This document shows, one piece after another, positions 1 to 12,737 of a stretch of DNA of 57,102 bases. The notes under the pieces were generated by a model. It saw nothing but the letters and a program-made list of their open reading frames with translations. It was not told the origin of the DNA and searched no databases. A program made the position numbers and the translations under genes. Source of the DNA: Chiloscyllium plagiosum (taxonomy: Eukaryota); assembly GCF_004010195.1 (NCBI RefSeq), contig NC_057757.1:7563953-7621054 (forward strand), read 5' to 3'. Numbering within the stretch: position 1 is the stretch's first letter; each line of letters opens with the position of its first letter.

Positions 1-95
1 ATGGTCAATCCACCCTAAACTGTACATCCCTGGACACTCTGGGTAATTTAGCATGGCCAATCCACCCTAACCTACACATCCCTGGACACTATGGG
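1..95 (-). mobile_element. V-SINE/HE1-type SINE fragment, cut by gap
   Basis: tttagcatggccaatccaccctaacctacacatc matches the reverse complement of the SINE body seen at 14045-14340 and 11125-11437. Confidence 0.75.
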
Positions 96-595
96 NNNNN
101 NNNNNNNNNNNNNNNNNNNNNNNNNNNNNNNNNNNNNNNNNNNNNNNNNNNNNNNNNNNNNNNNNNNNNNNNNNNNNNNNNNNNNNNNNNNNNNNNNNNN
201 NNNNNNNNNNNNNNNNNNNNNNNNNNNNNNNNNNNNNNNNNNNNNNNNNNNNNNNNNNNNNNNNNNNNNNNNNNNNNNNNNNNNNNNNNNNNNNNNNNNN
301 NNNNNNNNNNNNNNNNNNNNNNNNNNNNNNNNNNNNNNNNNNNNNNNNNNNNNNNNNNNNNNNNNNNNNNNNNNNNNNNNNNNNNNNNNNNNNNNNNNNN
401 NNNNNNNNNNNNNNNNNNNNNNNNNNNNNNNNNNNNNNNNNNNNNNNNNNNNNNNNNNNNNNNNNNNNNNNNNNNNNNNNNNNNNNNNNNNNNNNNNNNN
501 NNNNNNNNNNNNNNNNNNNNNNNNNNNNNNNNNNNNNNNNNNNNNNNNNNNNNNNNNNNNNNNNNNNNNNNNNNNNNNNNNNNNNNNNNNNNNNN
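96..595. other. Assembly gap (500 N); other gaps at 20673-21244, 22029-22146, 24151-24650 (500 N), 44418-44675, 49555-50054 (500 N)
   Basis: Runs of N; the three identical 500-N gaps look like fixed-size scaffolding joins. Confidence 0.99.
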
Positions 596-1120
596 ACAGC
601 CACTTCACTGCAGTCCTGCAAAACAATGTCGGGCTCCAGCCTTGCTAATGCACTGCCCTGTCACACAACACTGTCCTGCAATATTACATACTCTCCTCAA
701 CACTATCTCATCATACACCAGACTGATCGGTAATAGTGTGCTGCCCGATAAAATAACATGCTGTCCTGTCCCACAGTATACTCTCATATACACCATAGTG
801 AGCTCTGACACAATATACTATCTCTTAATACAACACACTCTCCTGTAATACAGTCTGCGTTCTGATAAAATAACATGCTTTTCTGTAAAATAATATACTG
901 TCTCATAACTCACCATCTTCCCCTGTAACAGTGTGCTGTCTGATAATTAATATGCTGCCCTGTCTCACAACACTCTCCTGTTAACAGACCACACTCTCCT
1001 ATAACAAAGCACAATGCCCTGTACCACAAAGCTGTCCCAATACACAGTATGCTGTCTGATATTATACCTAACTGTTCTGGAGCGCAGTACACTATCCTGA
1101 AATACAATGCTATACCATAA

Positions 1121-1962
1121 CACTGCACTGTCTGAGATTGTATCGCGTTGTCCTGGGACACACTGCACTGTGAGATTGTATCGCGCTGTCCTGGAACACA
1201 CTGCACTGTCTGAGATTGTATCGCGCTGTCCTGGAACACACTGCACTGTCTGAGATTGTATCACGTTGTCCTGGAACACACTGCACTGTCTGAAATTGTA
1301 TCGCGTTGTCCTGGGACACACTGCACTGTCTGAGATTGTATCGCGCTGTTCTGGAACACACTGCACTGTCTGAGATTGTATCGCATTGTCCTGGGACACA
1401 CTGCACTGTCTGAGATTGTATCGCGCTGTCCTGGGACACACTGCACTGTCTGAGATTGTATCGCGCTGTCCTGGAACACACTGCACTGTCTGAGATTGTA
1501 TCGCGCTGTCCTGGGACACACTGCACTGTCTGAGATTGTATCGCGCTGTCCTGGAACACACTGCACTGTCTGAGATTGTATCGCGCTGTCCTGGGACACA
1601 CTGCACTGTCTGAGATTGTATCGCGCTGTCCTGGGACACACTGCACTGTCTGAGATTGTATCGTGCTGTCCTGGAACACACTGCACTGTCTGAGATTGTA
1701 TCGCGTTGTCCTGGAACACACTGCATTGTCTGAGATTGTATCGCGCTGTCCTGGAACACACAATCTCAGACAGTGCAGTGTGTCCCAGGACAGCACGATA
1801 CAATCTCAGACAGTGCAGTGTATCCCAGGACAACGCGATACAATCTCAGACAGAGCAGTGTGTCCCAGGACAGCACGATACAATCTCAGACAGTGCAGTA
1901 TCGCGCTGTCCTGGGACACACTGCGCTGTCTGAGATTGTATCGCGCTGTCCTGGGACACAGT
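1121..1962. repeat. 40-bp minisatellite (cactgcactgtctgagattgtatcgcgctgtcctggRaca) with an internal inverted block at ~1761-1898
   Basis: About 16 direct units, then ~3.5 reverse-complement units (caatctcagacagtgcagtg...), then forward units again. Confidence 0.95.
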
Positions 1963-2094
1963 ACACTGCCTGATCTTACAGCACAATCCCCTGTAACAGA
2001 GTATACTGCCTCATAATACAACATGCTGTCCCGTAACACAGTATGCTGTTCTATAACAAAGCGCAATGTCCTCTCTAACATGATGCTGTCCTGT

Positions 2095-2290
2095 AAGCTG
2101 GTTTACACATGCTAAATTGCCTCATAGTCTCCAGGAATGTGCAGGCTTCAGCAGATTAGCAATGGGAAATGCAGGGTTACAGAGATAGGGATACAGGGAT
2201 GGATCTGGGTAGGATGCTTTTCAGACGGTTGGTGTAGACTCGATGGGCCAAATAGCCTCGTTTCACACTGCAGGAATTTTATGATTCTTT
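2095..2290 (+). mobile_element. V-SINE/HE1-type SINE 3' half
   Basis: catgctaaattgcc...gatgggccaaatagcct...ttcacactg tail shared with other SINE copies. Confidence 0.7.
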
Positions 2291-2293
2291 AAT

Positions 2294-3900
2294 AACACAG
2301 CACACCGTCTGATATTACAGCATACCGTTCTGTAACACAGCAGACCGTCTGATATTACAGCACACCGTTCTGTAACACAGCAGACCGTCTGATATTACAG
2401 CACCCCGTTCTGTAACTTAGCACACTGTCTGATATTACAGCGCATCGTTCTGTAACACAATGCACTGTCTGATATTACAGCACACTGTTCTGTAACACAC
2501 TATACTCTCTGATATTACAGCATACCGTTCTGTAACACAGCGGACCGTCTGATATTACAGCACACCGTTCTGTAACACAGCAGACCGTCTGATATTAATG
2601 CACACCGTTCTGTAACACAATGCACTGTCTGATATTACAGCACACTGTTCTGTAACACAGCACACCGTCTGATATTACAGCACATTGTTCTGTAACAAAG
2701 CACACTGTCTGATATTACAGCACACCGTTCTGTAACACACTATACTGTCTGATATTACAGCACACCGTTCTGTAACACAGCACACCGTCTGATATTACAG
2801 CACATTGTTCTGTAACACAGCACACTGTCTGATATTACAGCACACCGTTCTGTAACACAGCGCACTGTCTGATATTACAGCACCCCGTTGGGAAACACAG
2901 CACATTATCCGATATTACAGCACACCATTCTGTTACATAACGCACTGTCTGATATTACAGCACACCGTTCTGTAACACAGCACGCTGTCTGATATTACAG
3001 CACACCGTTCTGTAACACAGCACACTGTCTGATATTACAGCACTCCGTTCTGTAACACAGCACACTGTCTGATATTACAGCACACCGTTCTGTAACACAC
3101 TGTACGGTCTGATATTACAGCACACCGTTCTGTAACACAACGCACGGTCTGATATTACAGCACACCGTTCTGTAACAAAGCACACTGTCTGATATTACAG
3201 CACACCCTTCTGTTACACAGCGCACTGTCTGATATTACAGCACACCGTTCTGTAACACACTATACTGTCTGATATTACAGCACACCGTTCTGTAACACAG
3301 AACACCGTCTGATATTACAGCACACCGTTCTATAACAAAGCACACTGTCTGATATTACAGCACACCGTTCTGTAACACAACGCGCTGTCTGATATTACAG
3401 CACACCGCTCTTAACACAGCACACTGTCTGATATTACAGCACACCGTTCTGTAACACAGCGCACTGTCTGATATTACAGCACCCCGTTGGGAAACACAGC
3501 ACACTATCTATATTACAGCACACCGTTCTGTTACATAACGCACTGTCTGATATTACAGCTCACCGTTCTGTAACAAAGCACACTGTCTGATATACAGCAC
3601 ACCGTTCTGTAACAAAGCACGCTGTCTGATATTACAGCACACCATTCTGTAACATAGCGCACCGTGTGATATTACAGCACACCGTTCTGTAACACTGCGC
3701 ACTGTCTGATATTACAGCACCCCGTTGGGAAACACAGCACACTGTCTGATATTACAGCACACTGTTCTGTTACATAACGCACTGTCTGATATTACAGCAC
3801 TCCGTGCTGTAACAAAGCACACTGTCTGATACCACAGCACACCGTTCTGTAACACAGCGCACTGTCTGATATTACAGCACACCGTTCTATAATACAGCAC
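2294..3900. repeat. 40-bp (20+20) minisatellite cacactgtctgatattacag-cacaccgttctgtaacacag
   Basis: About 40 tandem diverged units; related short array at 9880-10030. Confidence 0.95.
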
Positions 3901-4257
3901 TCCCAACTCCTGTACTCAATACTCTGACCAATAAAGGAAAGTATACCAAACGCCTTCTTCACTGTCCTGCAACTCTACTTTCAAGGAACTATGAACCTGC
4001 ACTCCAAGGTCTCTTTGTTCAGCAACACTCCTGAGGATCTTACTGTTAAGTTCTTAAGTTCTACTAAGATTTGCTTTCCCAAAATGCAGCACCTTGAATT
4101 TATCTGAATTAAACTCCTTCTGCCACTTCTCAGCCCATTGGCCCATCTGATCAAGATCCTGTTGTAATCTGAGGTAACCCTCTTCGCTGTCCACTACGCC
4201 TCCAATTTTGGTGTCATCTGCAAACTTACTAACTGTACCTCTTATGCTCGCATCCAA
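3901..4257 (-). mobile_element. CR1 LINE ORF2 (RT) fragment
   Basis: ORF 4054-4257: VSKFADDTKIGG...LQQDLDQMGQWAEKWQKEFNSDKFKVLHFG. Confidence 0.92.
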
Positions 4258-4949
4258 CTGAACTGTGTTTGTGACTTTATATAATAATATTTTAAAAGAA
4301 TAAAATATATTTTAAACATAAAAAAGACACAGTTGATTAATGAAACGATCTCATATTACAGCCAGATCTAGCATGTTGCGTTGAAAATCTCTTCACTGAG
4401 CAATTACAAAGAGTAGTTAAAGCAAAAGGTCACTTATGTTGCTTTTCGCTGAGTATGGGAGATATTCTGAATGCAATAGTGAGCCCAATTGAACATAACA
4501 GTGGACTTTTCCTAACGATCTGTGGGACAAGATTGCAGAGGACTCTCACCAAAATTTAAAGAAAACTGTCACTTCAATAATTTGTAGTTGCCGCGGAGGG
4601 GGAAGAAATCAGCTGTTCTAAAGGCTATATGTGCTGAAAGAATGATTTAGTGAAAACAGAGGTGGTGTTGCATATGAAGAGACATTAACAAAACTGACAG
4701 CCTAGTAATGTAAACCCAAATGCCTGTATTGGTCCCAGCAAACAGCACATACTGCTCTACTTAGTGGATATTTTAATATTGACGCAACACTGCTGCAAGA
4801 GCCAATTCTGCACAGACCAAAGGCATGACCTGAATATAGGTACAGGAGACGATACCATGGTAATACTCCATTTATTGGAATTCTAGTTCACAAATGGATG
4901 CCATGCAATTTCTATCAACCTGTTCCATGTTCACCATGCCAATTTTTAA

Positions 4950-5140
4950 TTAGATTAGATTACTTACAGTGTGGAAACAGGCCCTTTGGCCCAACAAGTC
5001 CACACTGCCCCGCCGTAGCACAACCCACCCATACCCCTACCTTTACCCCTTACCTAACACTATGGGCAATTTAGCATGGCCAATTCACCTGGCCTGCACA
5101 TCTTTGGACTGTGGGAGGAAACCGGAGCACCCGGAGCATC
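4950..5140 (-). mobile_element. V-SINE/HE1-type SINE 3' half with (TAATC)n-type tail
   Basis: ttagattagat tail; tgtgggaggaaaccggagcacccggag conserved core. Confidence 0.85.
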
Positions 5141-6330
5141 ACTATTTTAAATCTAATAGAATTATGGTCGCTGGCCCCAAAGTGCTCCCCTACTGACACC
5201 TCAGTCACCTGCCCTGCCTTATTTCCCAAGAGTTGGTCAAGTTTTGCACCTTCTCTAGTCGGTACATCCACATACTGAATCAGAAAATTTTCTTGTACAC
5301 ACTTAACATCTAAACCTTTAACACTATGACAGTCCCAGTCTATGTTTGGAAAGTTAAAATCCCCTACCATAACCACCCTATTATTCTTACAGTTAACTGA
5401 AATCTCCTTACAAATTTGTTTCTCAATTTCCCTCTGACTATTAGGGAGTCTATAATATAGTCCCAATAAAGTGATCATCCCTTTCTTATTTCTCAGTTCC
5501 ACTCAAATAACTTCCCTGGATGTATTTCCAGGAATATCCTCCCTAATTACAGCAGTAACCTTATCCTTTGTCTAAAACGCCACTCCCCCTCATCTCTCGC
5601 CTCCCTTTCTATCTGTCCTGTAGCATTTGTATTCTGGAACATTAAGCTGCCAGTCCTGTCCATCTCTGAGCCATATTTCTGTAATTGCTATGAAATCCCA
5701 GTGCCATGTTCCTAACCATACCCTGAGTTCATCGGCCTTCCCTGTTAGGCCCGTTGCACTGAAGTAAATGCAGTTTAATTACCAGTCCTATCTTGTTCTC
5801 TGCTTTGTCCCTGACTGCCCTGACTGTTTGACTCACTTCTGTTCTCAACCGTACCAGTCTCAGATTGATCTCTTTCCTCACTATCTCCTTGGGTCCCACC
5901 TCTCCCCACCTTACTCGGAACATGCTGCCCTTGAACTCTTATTATCTCACTTTTACCTGCAAACAACCTCCCCGAATCAACTTTCCAGAGTTCCTGTCTA
6001 ACATTTTCAAAATTGGCCTTGCCCCAATTTGGAACTCTATCTTGTCTCGTTTTCCATAACTTTCTTAAAACTAATAGAATTGTGGCCACTTGTCCCAAAG
6101 TGCTCACCCACCAATACCTCAGTCACTTGCCTGGCCTTATTTCCCAAGAGGGGGTCGAGTTTTGCCCCTTGTCTGATCGGACCACTACATGTCGATTGAG
6201 AAAGTTTTCCTGAACACACTTAACAAATTCCTCTCCCAGCAAAGCAGTTAACACTATGACAGTCTCAGTCTCTGTTTGGAAAGTTAAAATCCTCGACTGT
6301 TACAGCCCTATTATTCTTACAGCTATCCTT
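5141..6330 (-). mobile_element. Two decayed CR1 ORF2 endonuclease-region fragments
   Basis: LGLYYRLPNS, VMVGDFNFPNIDW, PTREGAKLD, GEHFGASDHN (APE endonuclease motifs); second copy GEHFGTSGHN at 6037-6219. Confidence 0.88.
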
Positions 6331-6402
6331 CATATAGCACCGTACCCTGCAACATTGACCTGTCAGTCCTCAGTCATGTTTTTGTAATGATGTATGATGT
6401 AG

Positions 6403-9400
6403 ACCATAGAACAGTATAGCACAGTACAGGCCCTTCGACCCTCGAAGTTATGCTGACTGTTTATCCTACTCTAAGATCAAACTAACCTACATACTCTTCA
6501 TTGTACTGTCACCCGAGTGTCTATCCAAGAGTTGTTTAAATGTCCCAAATGTGTCTGACTCTACTACCACGGCTGGCAGTGCATTCCACTCACCCACTAC
6601 TCTCTGTGTAAAGAACCTACCTCTGACATCTCCCCTAAACTTTCCTCCAATCACCTGAAAATTATGCCCCCTTGTGATAACCACTTCCATCCTGTGAAAA
6701 AGTCTCTGGCTATCCGCTATATCTATGCCTGTCATCATCTTGTCCACTAGGACTATAGATGCTGGAGATCAGAGCTGAAAAATGTGTTGCTGGAAAAGCA
6801 CAGCAGGTTAGGTAGCATCCAGGGAACAGGAGAATCGACGTTTCGGGCATAGGCCCTTCTTCAGAAATATCGATTCTCCTGCTCCTTGGATGCTGCCTGA
6901 CCTGCTGTGCTTTTCCAGCAACACATTTTTCAGCAGCGATCATCTTGTCCACCTCTATCAAGTCAACTCTCATCCATCTTCACTCCAATGAGAAAAGCCC
7001 TAGCTCCCTCAACGTTTCTTCATAAGACATTTCCTCCAGTCCAGGCAGCATCAGGGTGAATCTCCTCTGCACCCTTTCTAAAGCTTCCACATCCCTCCTA
7101 TAATGAGGCAACCAGAACGGAACACAATATTCCAAGTGTGGTCTAACCAGGGCTCTAGAGCGCTGCAGTATTACCTCACATCTCTTAAACTCAATTCCCT
7201 TGCTAATGAAAGCCAACACACCATACTTCTTAACAACCCTATCAACTTGACTGGTAACTTTGAGGGATCTATGGATGTGGACCCCAAGATCCCTCTGTTC
7301 CTCCACACTGCCAAGAATCCTGCCTTTAACCCTGTATTCTGCATTCAAATTCCACCTTCCAAAATGAATCACCTCACACTTTTCCAGGTTGAACTCTATC
7401 TGCCACTTCTCAGCCCAGTTCTGCATCCTGTCGATATCCTGTTGCAATCTCCAACAGCCCTCCACACTACCCACAACTCCACCAACCTTCATGTCATTAG
7501 CAAACTTACTAACCCACCCTTCCACTTCCTCATCCAAGTCATTCATAAAAAGCACAAACAGCAGAGGTCCCAGAACAGATTCCTGCGGGAACACCACTCG
7601 TCACCGAGCTCCAGGCTGAATACTTCCCATCTACTACCACCCTCTGTCTTCTATGAGCCAGCCAATTTTGTATCCAGACAGCCAAATTTTCCTGTATCCC
7701 ATGCCTCCTTATTTTCTGAATTAGCTTAACATGGGGAACCTAACCAAATGCCTTGCTAAAATCCATACACACCACATCCACTGCTCTACCTTCATCAATG
7801 TGTTTTGTCACATTCTCAAAGAATTCAATAAGATTTGTGAGGCATGACCTGCTCCTCACAAAGCCATGCTATCTCTTATCAAACTATGCTTTTCCAAATA
7901 ATCTTAAATCCTGTCTCTCAGAATCCTCTCAAATACTTTTCCCACCATTGATGTAAGACTGACTAGTTTGTAATTCCCAGGATTATCCCTATTCCCTTTC
8001 TTAAACAAGGGAGTAACATTTACCATCCTCCAATCATCTGGCACTATTCCAGTGGACAGTGAGGATGCAAAGGCACAGCCATCTCTTCCCTCACTTCCTT
8101 TAGAAACTTTGGGCATATCCTGTCTGGCCCAGGGGACTTATCTATCCTCATGTTTTTCAAAATTTCCAGTTCATCCTCCTTCTTAATATTAACCTGTTTG
8201 ACCATGTGAGCCTGTTTCATGCTGTCCTCACAAGCGACAAGGTCCCTCTCACTAGTGAATACTGAAACAAAGTACTCTTTCAGAACCTCGCCTACCTCTT
8301 CCAGCTCCAGGCATGAGTTCCCTCCCTGATTGGCCCTACCCTCACTCTGGCCATCCTCTGGTTCCTCATGTAAGTGTAGAATGCCTCGGGATGTTCCTTA
8401 ATCCTACCTGCCAAGGCTTTTTCATGCCCCCTTCTAGGTCTCCTAAGTCCATTCTTCAGTTCCTTCCTGGCTACGTTGTAACCCTCTAGAGCCCTGTCTG
8501 ATCCTTGCTTCCTCAACCTTAAGTAAGTTTCCTTCTTCCTCTTGACTAGATGTTCCACATCTCTTGTCATCCAAGGTTCCTTCACCCTGCCATCCCTTCC
8601 TTGCCTCAGGACAAACCTATCTCACACTCACAGCAAGTGTTCCCTAAACAACCTCCATATTTCTGTCGTGCATTTCCCTGAGAATATCTATTCCCAATTT
8701 ATGCTCCACAGTTCCTGCCTTCCTGTCATTCCTCCGGCCCCAATTATATGTTTCCCATACCGACTGCTCCTATCCCTCTCCATGACTACAGTAAAGGTCA
8801 GGGATTTGTGATCACTATCACTGAAATGCTCTCGCACCGAGAGATTTGACACCTGACCTGGTTTGTTGCCAAGCACCAAATCCAATATGGCCTCCCCTCT
8901 AGTCGGCCTATCTACATATTGAGTCAGAAATCCTACCTGGACATACCTGACAAAATCTGCTCCATCCAAACTGTTTGCAGTCAGGAGGTTCCAATCAAAT
9001 TAGGGCAGTTAAATTCACCCATTACAGCATATCCAAAATCTGCCTCCCAAATCTGCTCCTCCATGTCTCTGTTGCTATTGAGGGGTCTATAGAAAACTCC
9101 CAATAAAGTGACTGCTCCTTTCCTGTTTCTGACTCCCACCCAGACTGACTCTGTCGACAAAGCCTCCTCGGTGACCTCCCTTTCTGCAGCTGTGATGCTA
9201 TCCCTGATCACCAATGCCACTCCCCACATCCTTTACCTCCCTCTTTATTCTTTTTGAAACATCTAAACCCCGGAATACCCAACAACCATTCCTGCTCCCC
9301 TCCTCCCCCCGCACCCCCGTCCCTCGTGATATCCAAGTCTCTGCAATGACTACAACATCCAAGTACTGATCCATGCTCTCAGTTCATCACGCTTATTCCT

Positions 9401-9620
9401 GACACTTCTTGCGTTAAAATAGACACACTTCAATCCATCACACTGACTGCAACTTTGTCCTAGCCCTATCCTATGTTCCCATCCATGCCCTGAGTGCATC
9501 TGCCTTACCTGTCAGGCCTCTTGCATTGAAATAAACACGGTTATTGGTTTAATTCATCAATCTTCTCTCGTTCCCTGCATGCTCTTATTTGTCTTGTCTA
9601 TATAACTTGCCCTCTTAACT
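6403..9620 (-). mobile_element. Long decayed CR1 LINE (most of ORF2, EN to RT to 3' tail), interrupted by a fold-back insertion at 6748-6938
   Basis: Colinear frameshifted ORFs: GGVAL-like/GVFYRP (8981-9229), LDLVLGN..SDH (8688-8969), EPWMT, PLFKKGNRDNPGNY, PQESVLGPLLF..SKFANDMK, LVRPHLEYC, RGRFFTQRVV. Confidence 0.95.
6748..6938. mobile_element. Penelope-like terminus-derived fold-back element with hammerhead-like core; 14-bp flanking direct repeat
   Basis: Inverted arms gctgaaaaatgtgttgctggaaaagcacagcagg / cctgctgtgcttttccagcaacacatttttcagc; atcatcttgtccac at 6734-6747 and 6939-6952; minus strand reads CTGAAGAAGGGCCTATGCCCGAAACGTC. Confidence 0.8.
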
Positions 9621-9689
9621 TCTGTCCCAACCACAACCTTCTCTCTTGTCCCTCTACTGCTTCAGGTCCTCCCCATCCCCCCTCCCCAG

Positions 9690-9872
9690 GTGTGGAATAC
9701 CCTGCCTGCACCACGAGCAGACTCGCCAACGTTAAGGGCATTTAAATGGTCATTGGATAAACATATGGATGAGAATGGAATAGTTTAGGTTGGATGGGCT
9801 TCAGATTGGATTCACAGGTTGGCACAACATCGAGAGCTGAAGGGCCTGTTACTGCGCTGTAATGTTCCATGT
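9690..9872 (+). mobile_element. CR1 3' end fragment
   Basis: gtgtggaataccctgcctg...catttaaatggtcattggataaacatatggat...gaagggcctgttactgcgctgtaatgttc typical CR1 terminus. Confidence 0.75.
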
Positions 9873-10737
9873 ATTAACACAGTGCGCTGTCTGATGTTAC
9901 AGCACACTGTCCTGTCACACAGCACCTGTCTGATGTTACAGCACACTGTCCTGTCACACAGCACCTGTCTGATGTTACAGCACACTGTCCTGTCACACAG
10001 CACCTGTCTGAGAATAGAACACACTGTCCTGTAAATCGAGTCTGACAGTACAAAATGCTGTTTTGTGTCACAGGATACTGTCTGTTTGTAGAACATCCTG
10101 TTTTGTGGCACAGTATATTTTGACATATAACATACCGTCCGATATGTCCAATAGTACAACATACTTCCTTGTAATATAGAATACAGCCGATGCAGTTCTG
10201 TTTTGGGAGTTTAGTTATTGTTGCAATGTTGAAGACATTGCAGCTAACCTGTTCATAGTATGATCCAAGAAATAGCAATGGTAACGACTTCAACCCTCTT
10301 TTCATGGTGATGCTGATAGAGAGATGGGAGTTGGTCCCAGGGCACTGGGGAAACAAGCTGGCTTTTTGTGTTCAGTTCTGGCCATGAAACCTGTCGCGTC
10401 CCCTGGCAGTATAGAGGGTTTCTCTAAGGTTCTTCAACAGGCATGGAACTGGCGATCAGTTTGGTTCGGACTAAAATTTGAGGAGACCAAACGAATACAA
10501 AATGCAGCAGAGCAAATACACTGTATTCTGTCACATTTTGCTGTGACATAAAGTACATTTTTCGAAGCCAATTTCTCTGTGAAGATAACGCAGGTAGACC
10601 GATGCTGTAAATAATAGCATAATTTGTCTGATCTCCAAATTCCTCCAGCATCGACCATCTTGTTTGCTTGGCAGTTATGGAAACCAAATGGCCAAAAATT
10701 CCCTGTTTTTCCTTGTGATTGACACCTTCAAGAATTC

Positions 10738-10917
10738 GCATCCAAGGAACAGGAGAATCGACGTTTCGGGCATAAGCCCTTCTTCAGGAACCCTTCCTGA
10801 AGAAGGGCTTATGCCCGAAAGGTCGATTCTCCTGTTCCTTGGATGCTGTCTGACCTGCTGCGCTTTTCCAGCATCACATTTTCAGCTCTGATCTCCAGCA
10901 TCTGCAGTCCTCACATG
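10738..10917. mobile_element. Penelope-like fold-back element with two opposed hammerhead-like cores; 15-bp flanking direct repeat
   Basis: caccttcaagaattc at 10723-10737 and 10918-10932; core on minus strand at 10760-10787 and on plus strand at 10797-10824. Confidence 0.82.
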
Positions 10918-11124
10918 CACCTTCAAGAATTCCAACACCTTTAGCAACTATCATTGAAAACTTGACAAATTCTCTTTTCATGACAGAACACCATGATTAT
11001 AAAACTCCCAAGCCTTGATAAGTGGTGCTTTCAGCATTGTATGTAATTGGGGGTCTGTTAGCGGGATAGCAGGTGTACAGTGCCAAGTGAATTGACTCAA
11101 TTCCCACACTAGCTCAGCTTAATT

Positions 11125-11437
11125 TCACAGAATCCCTACAGGGCATTTGGCCCACTAAGTCCACACCAACCCTCAGAAGAGTATCTAACCCTAAAACCCC
11201 CACCCTATCACATTTCCCCTCACTCACCCACCTTACATACACATCCCTGAACACTATAGACAATTTATCGTGGCCAATCCACCCTAACCTGCACATCATT
11301 AGACTGTGGGAGGAAACCCCCGCAGACACAGGGAGAATGTGCAAACTCCACACAGATTGTCACCCAAGGGTGGAATTGAACCCAGGTCCCTGGCGCTGTG
11401 AGACAGCAGTGCTAACCACTGAGCCACTGTGCTGCCC
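11125..11437 (-). mobile_element. Near full-length tRNA-derived V-SINE/HE1-type SINE
   Basis: Reverse complement begins gggcagcacagtggctcagtggttagcactgctg (A box)...gggttcaattcc (B box), then tgtgtggagtttgcacattctcc core. Confidence 0.9.
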
Positions 11438-11454
11438 TGTGAGGTAACAGAGAT

Positions 11455-11630
11455 TGGCGGATAAAATCAGCAGGTCTGGCAGCATTTTGTGAGTTCTGAA
11501 GAAGTGTCACTGGACCCAAGACACTGACTTTGCTTTCTCTCCACAGATGCGACCAGACCCTCTGAGTTTCTCCGGCAATTTCTGTTTTTGTTTTAGATTC
11601 CCAGCATCCACAGTATTTTGTTTATTACAA
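11455..11630 (+). mobile_element. Decayed Penelope-terminus-like element (third subfamily)
   Basis: cagcaggtctggcagcat ... ctgaagaagtgtcactggaccc ... gatgcgaccagaccc short inverted arms around a degenerate CTGAAGA core. Confidence 0.5.
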
Positions 11631-12579
11631 AGGTCCTGCCTTCTCAACCTCTCGCCTTGCCTGAGGCGTGGTGAACATCTGTCGTTCCTCTCGAATGAGA
11701 GCATGGGGCGATGGTGACTCTCCCTCTTGTATGTCTTAAAATGCAACTGTTTCTTGATCTGGAAAGGAAGCTATGTCGCATCTTCCACAATGTCACGTAC
11801 TGGGGAGACAATGAAGCACCATAGAAGTGTAGCCACCATGGTATGAAAGCTGAAAGCCGATTTACGCATCGCAAGATCTCAAATGGCAATGTGACTTTGG
11901 TCCAGACAGTTTTCCTTCTTTGACCTCAATAAATATTGGCTTCAGGAAGAACTCATCCTGAAACCCATGGGAACTTGCATAACTGCCTGAGAGAGCAGGA
12001 GGACTGCTTGGTCTCACGTCACATCAAAGGTCAACAGCACTGACCCTGCAGTGCCCCGTCAATACTGGCATCATGTGATAGCCTTGACTTTATAGAGCTT
12101 GGGCCCCATGTGTGGGACACAAACCCAGAGTTGACAGTCCTACCCACTGAGCCATGGCCGGTACGCCAATGAAATGGGAAGTAATTCAAATGAAAACATG
12201 AACACAGACGATCAATACCTTTCCAACTCAGCTTGCTACGTTTTGCAGGATGTTGTCGTGGGTGTGGGCTGGTGTTGGGGTGTTCTCTCTGACGTTGTGA
12301 AAGGAATGTTAAATAGACTGGAGATGTTTGGACTGCACTGCTGGAGGTTGGGAAGGCTGAGAGAAGATTTGAATGAGGCATCTAGAGAGAGCAGATCAGG
12401 AGAAGTTGCTTTCCACTTGCAGAAGGATCAGATGCCTGAGGGTACACATTGAAGGCAATTGGTGAAAGAACCAACAGCTACCATGGCCAGAAATCTTTTT
12501 ATACAGTAAAGTCTTACCATCTGGATTGTGCTGTCTGAGAGTGACCAGTGGTGTCCCACAGTACTGGGATTTTAACCCT

Positions 12580-12735
12580 ACTGAGAATCCTCTTGCAAGG
12601 ATGCCTGCCTTGAAGAAGTTTTCCTCCTCTCTCTACAAGCTATTCCTGATGAAGGGCTTTTGCTCGAAACGTCGATTTTCCTGCTCCTCGGATGCTGCCT
12701 GACCTGCTGTGCTTTTCCAACACCACTCTAATCTA
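12580..12735 (+). mobile_element. Penelope-like terminus fragment with hammerhead-like core
   Basis: CTGATGAAGGGCTTTTGCTCGAAACGTC starting at 12646, followed by the same arm as the fold-back copies. Confidence 0.75.
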
Positions 12736-12737
12736 GG

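Noticed and set aside
67..648. ORFs of X residues (also 23997-24762, 44258-44752)
   Set aside because: Artefacts of N runs
910..2081. Long overlapping ORFs (up to 264 aa)
   Set aside because: Translations of a stop-poor 40-bp minisatellite in several frames on both strands; no coding signature
11340..11437. tRNA-like A/B boxes (also at other SINE heads)
   Set aside because: Heads of tRNA-derived SINEs, not tRNA genes
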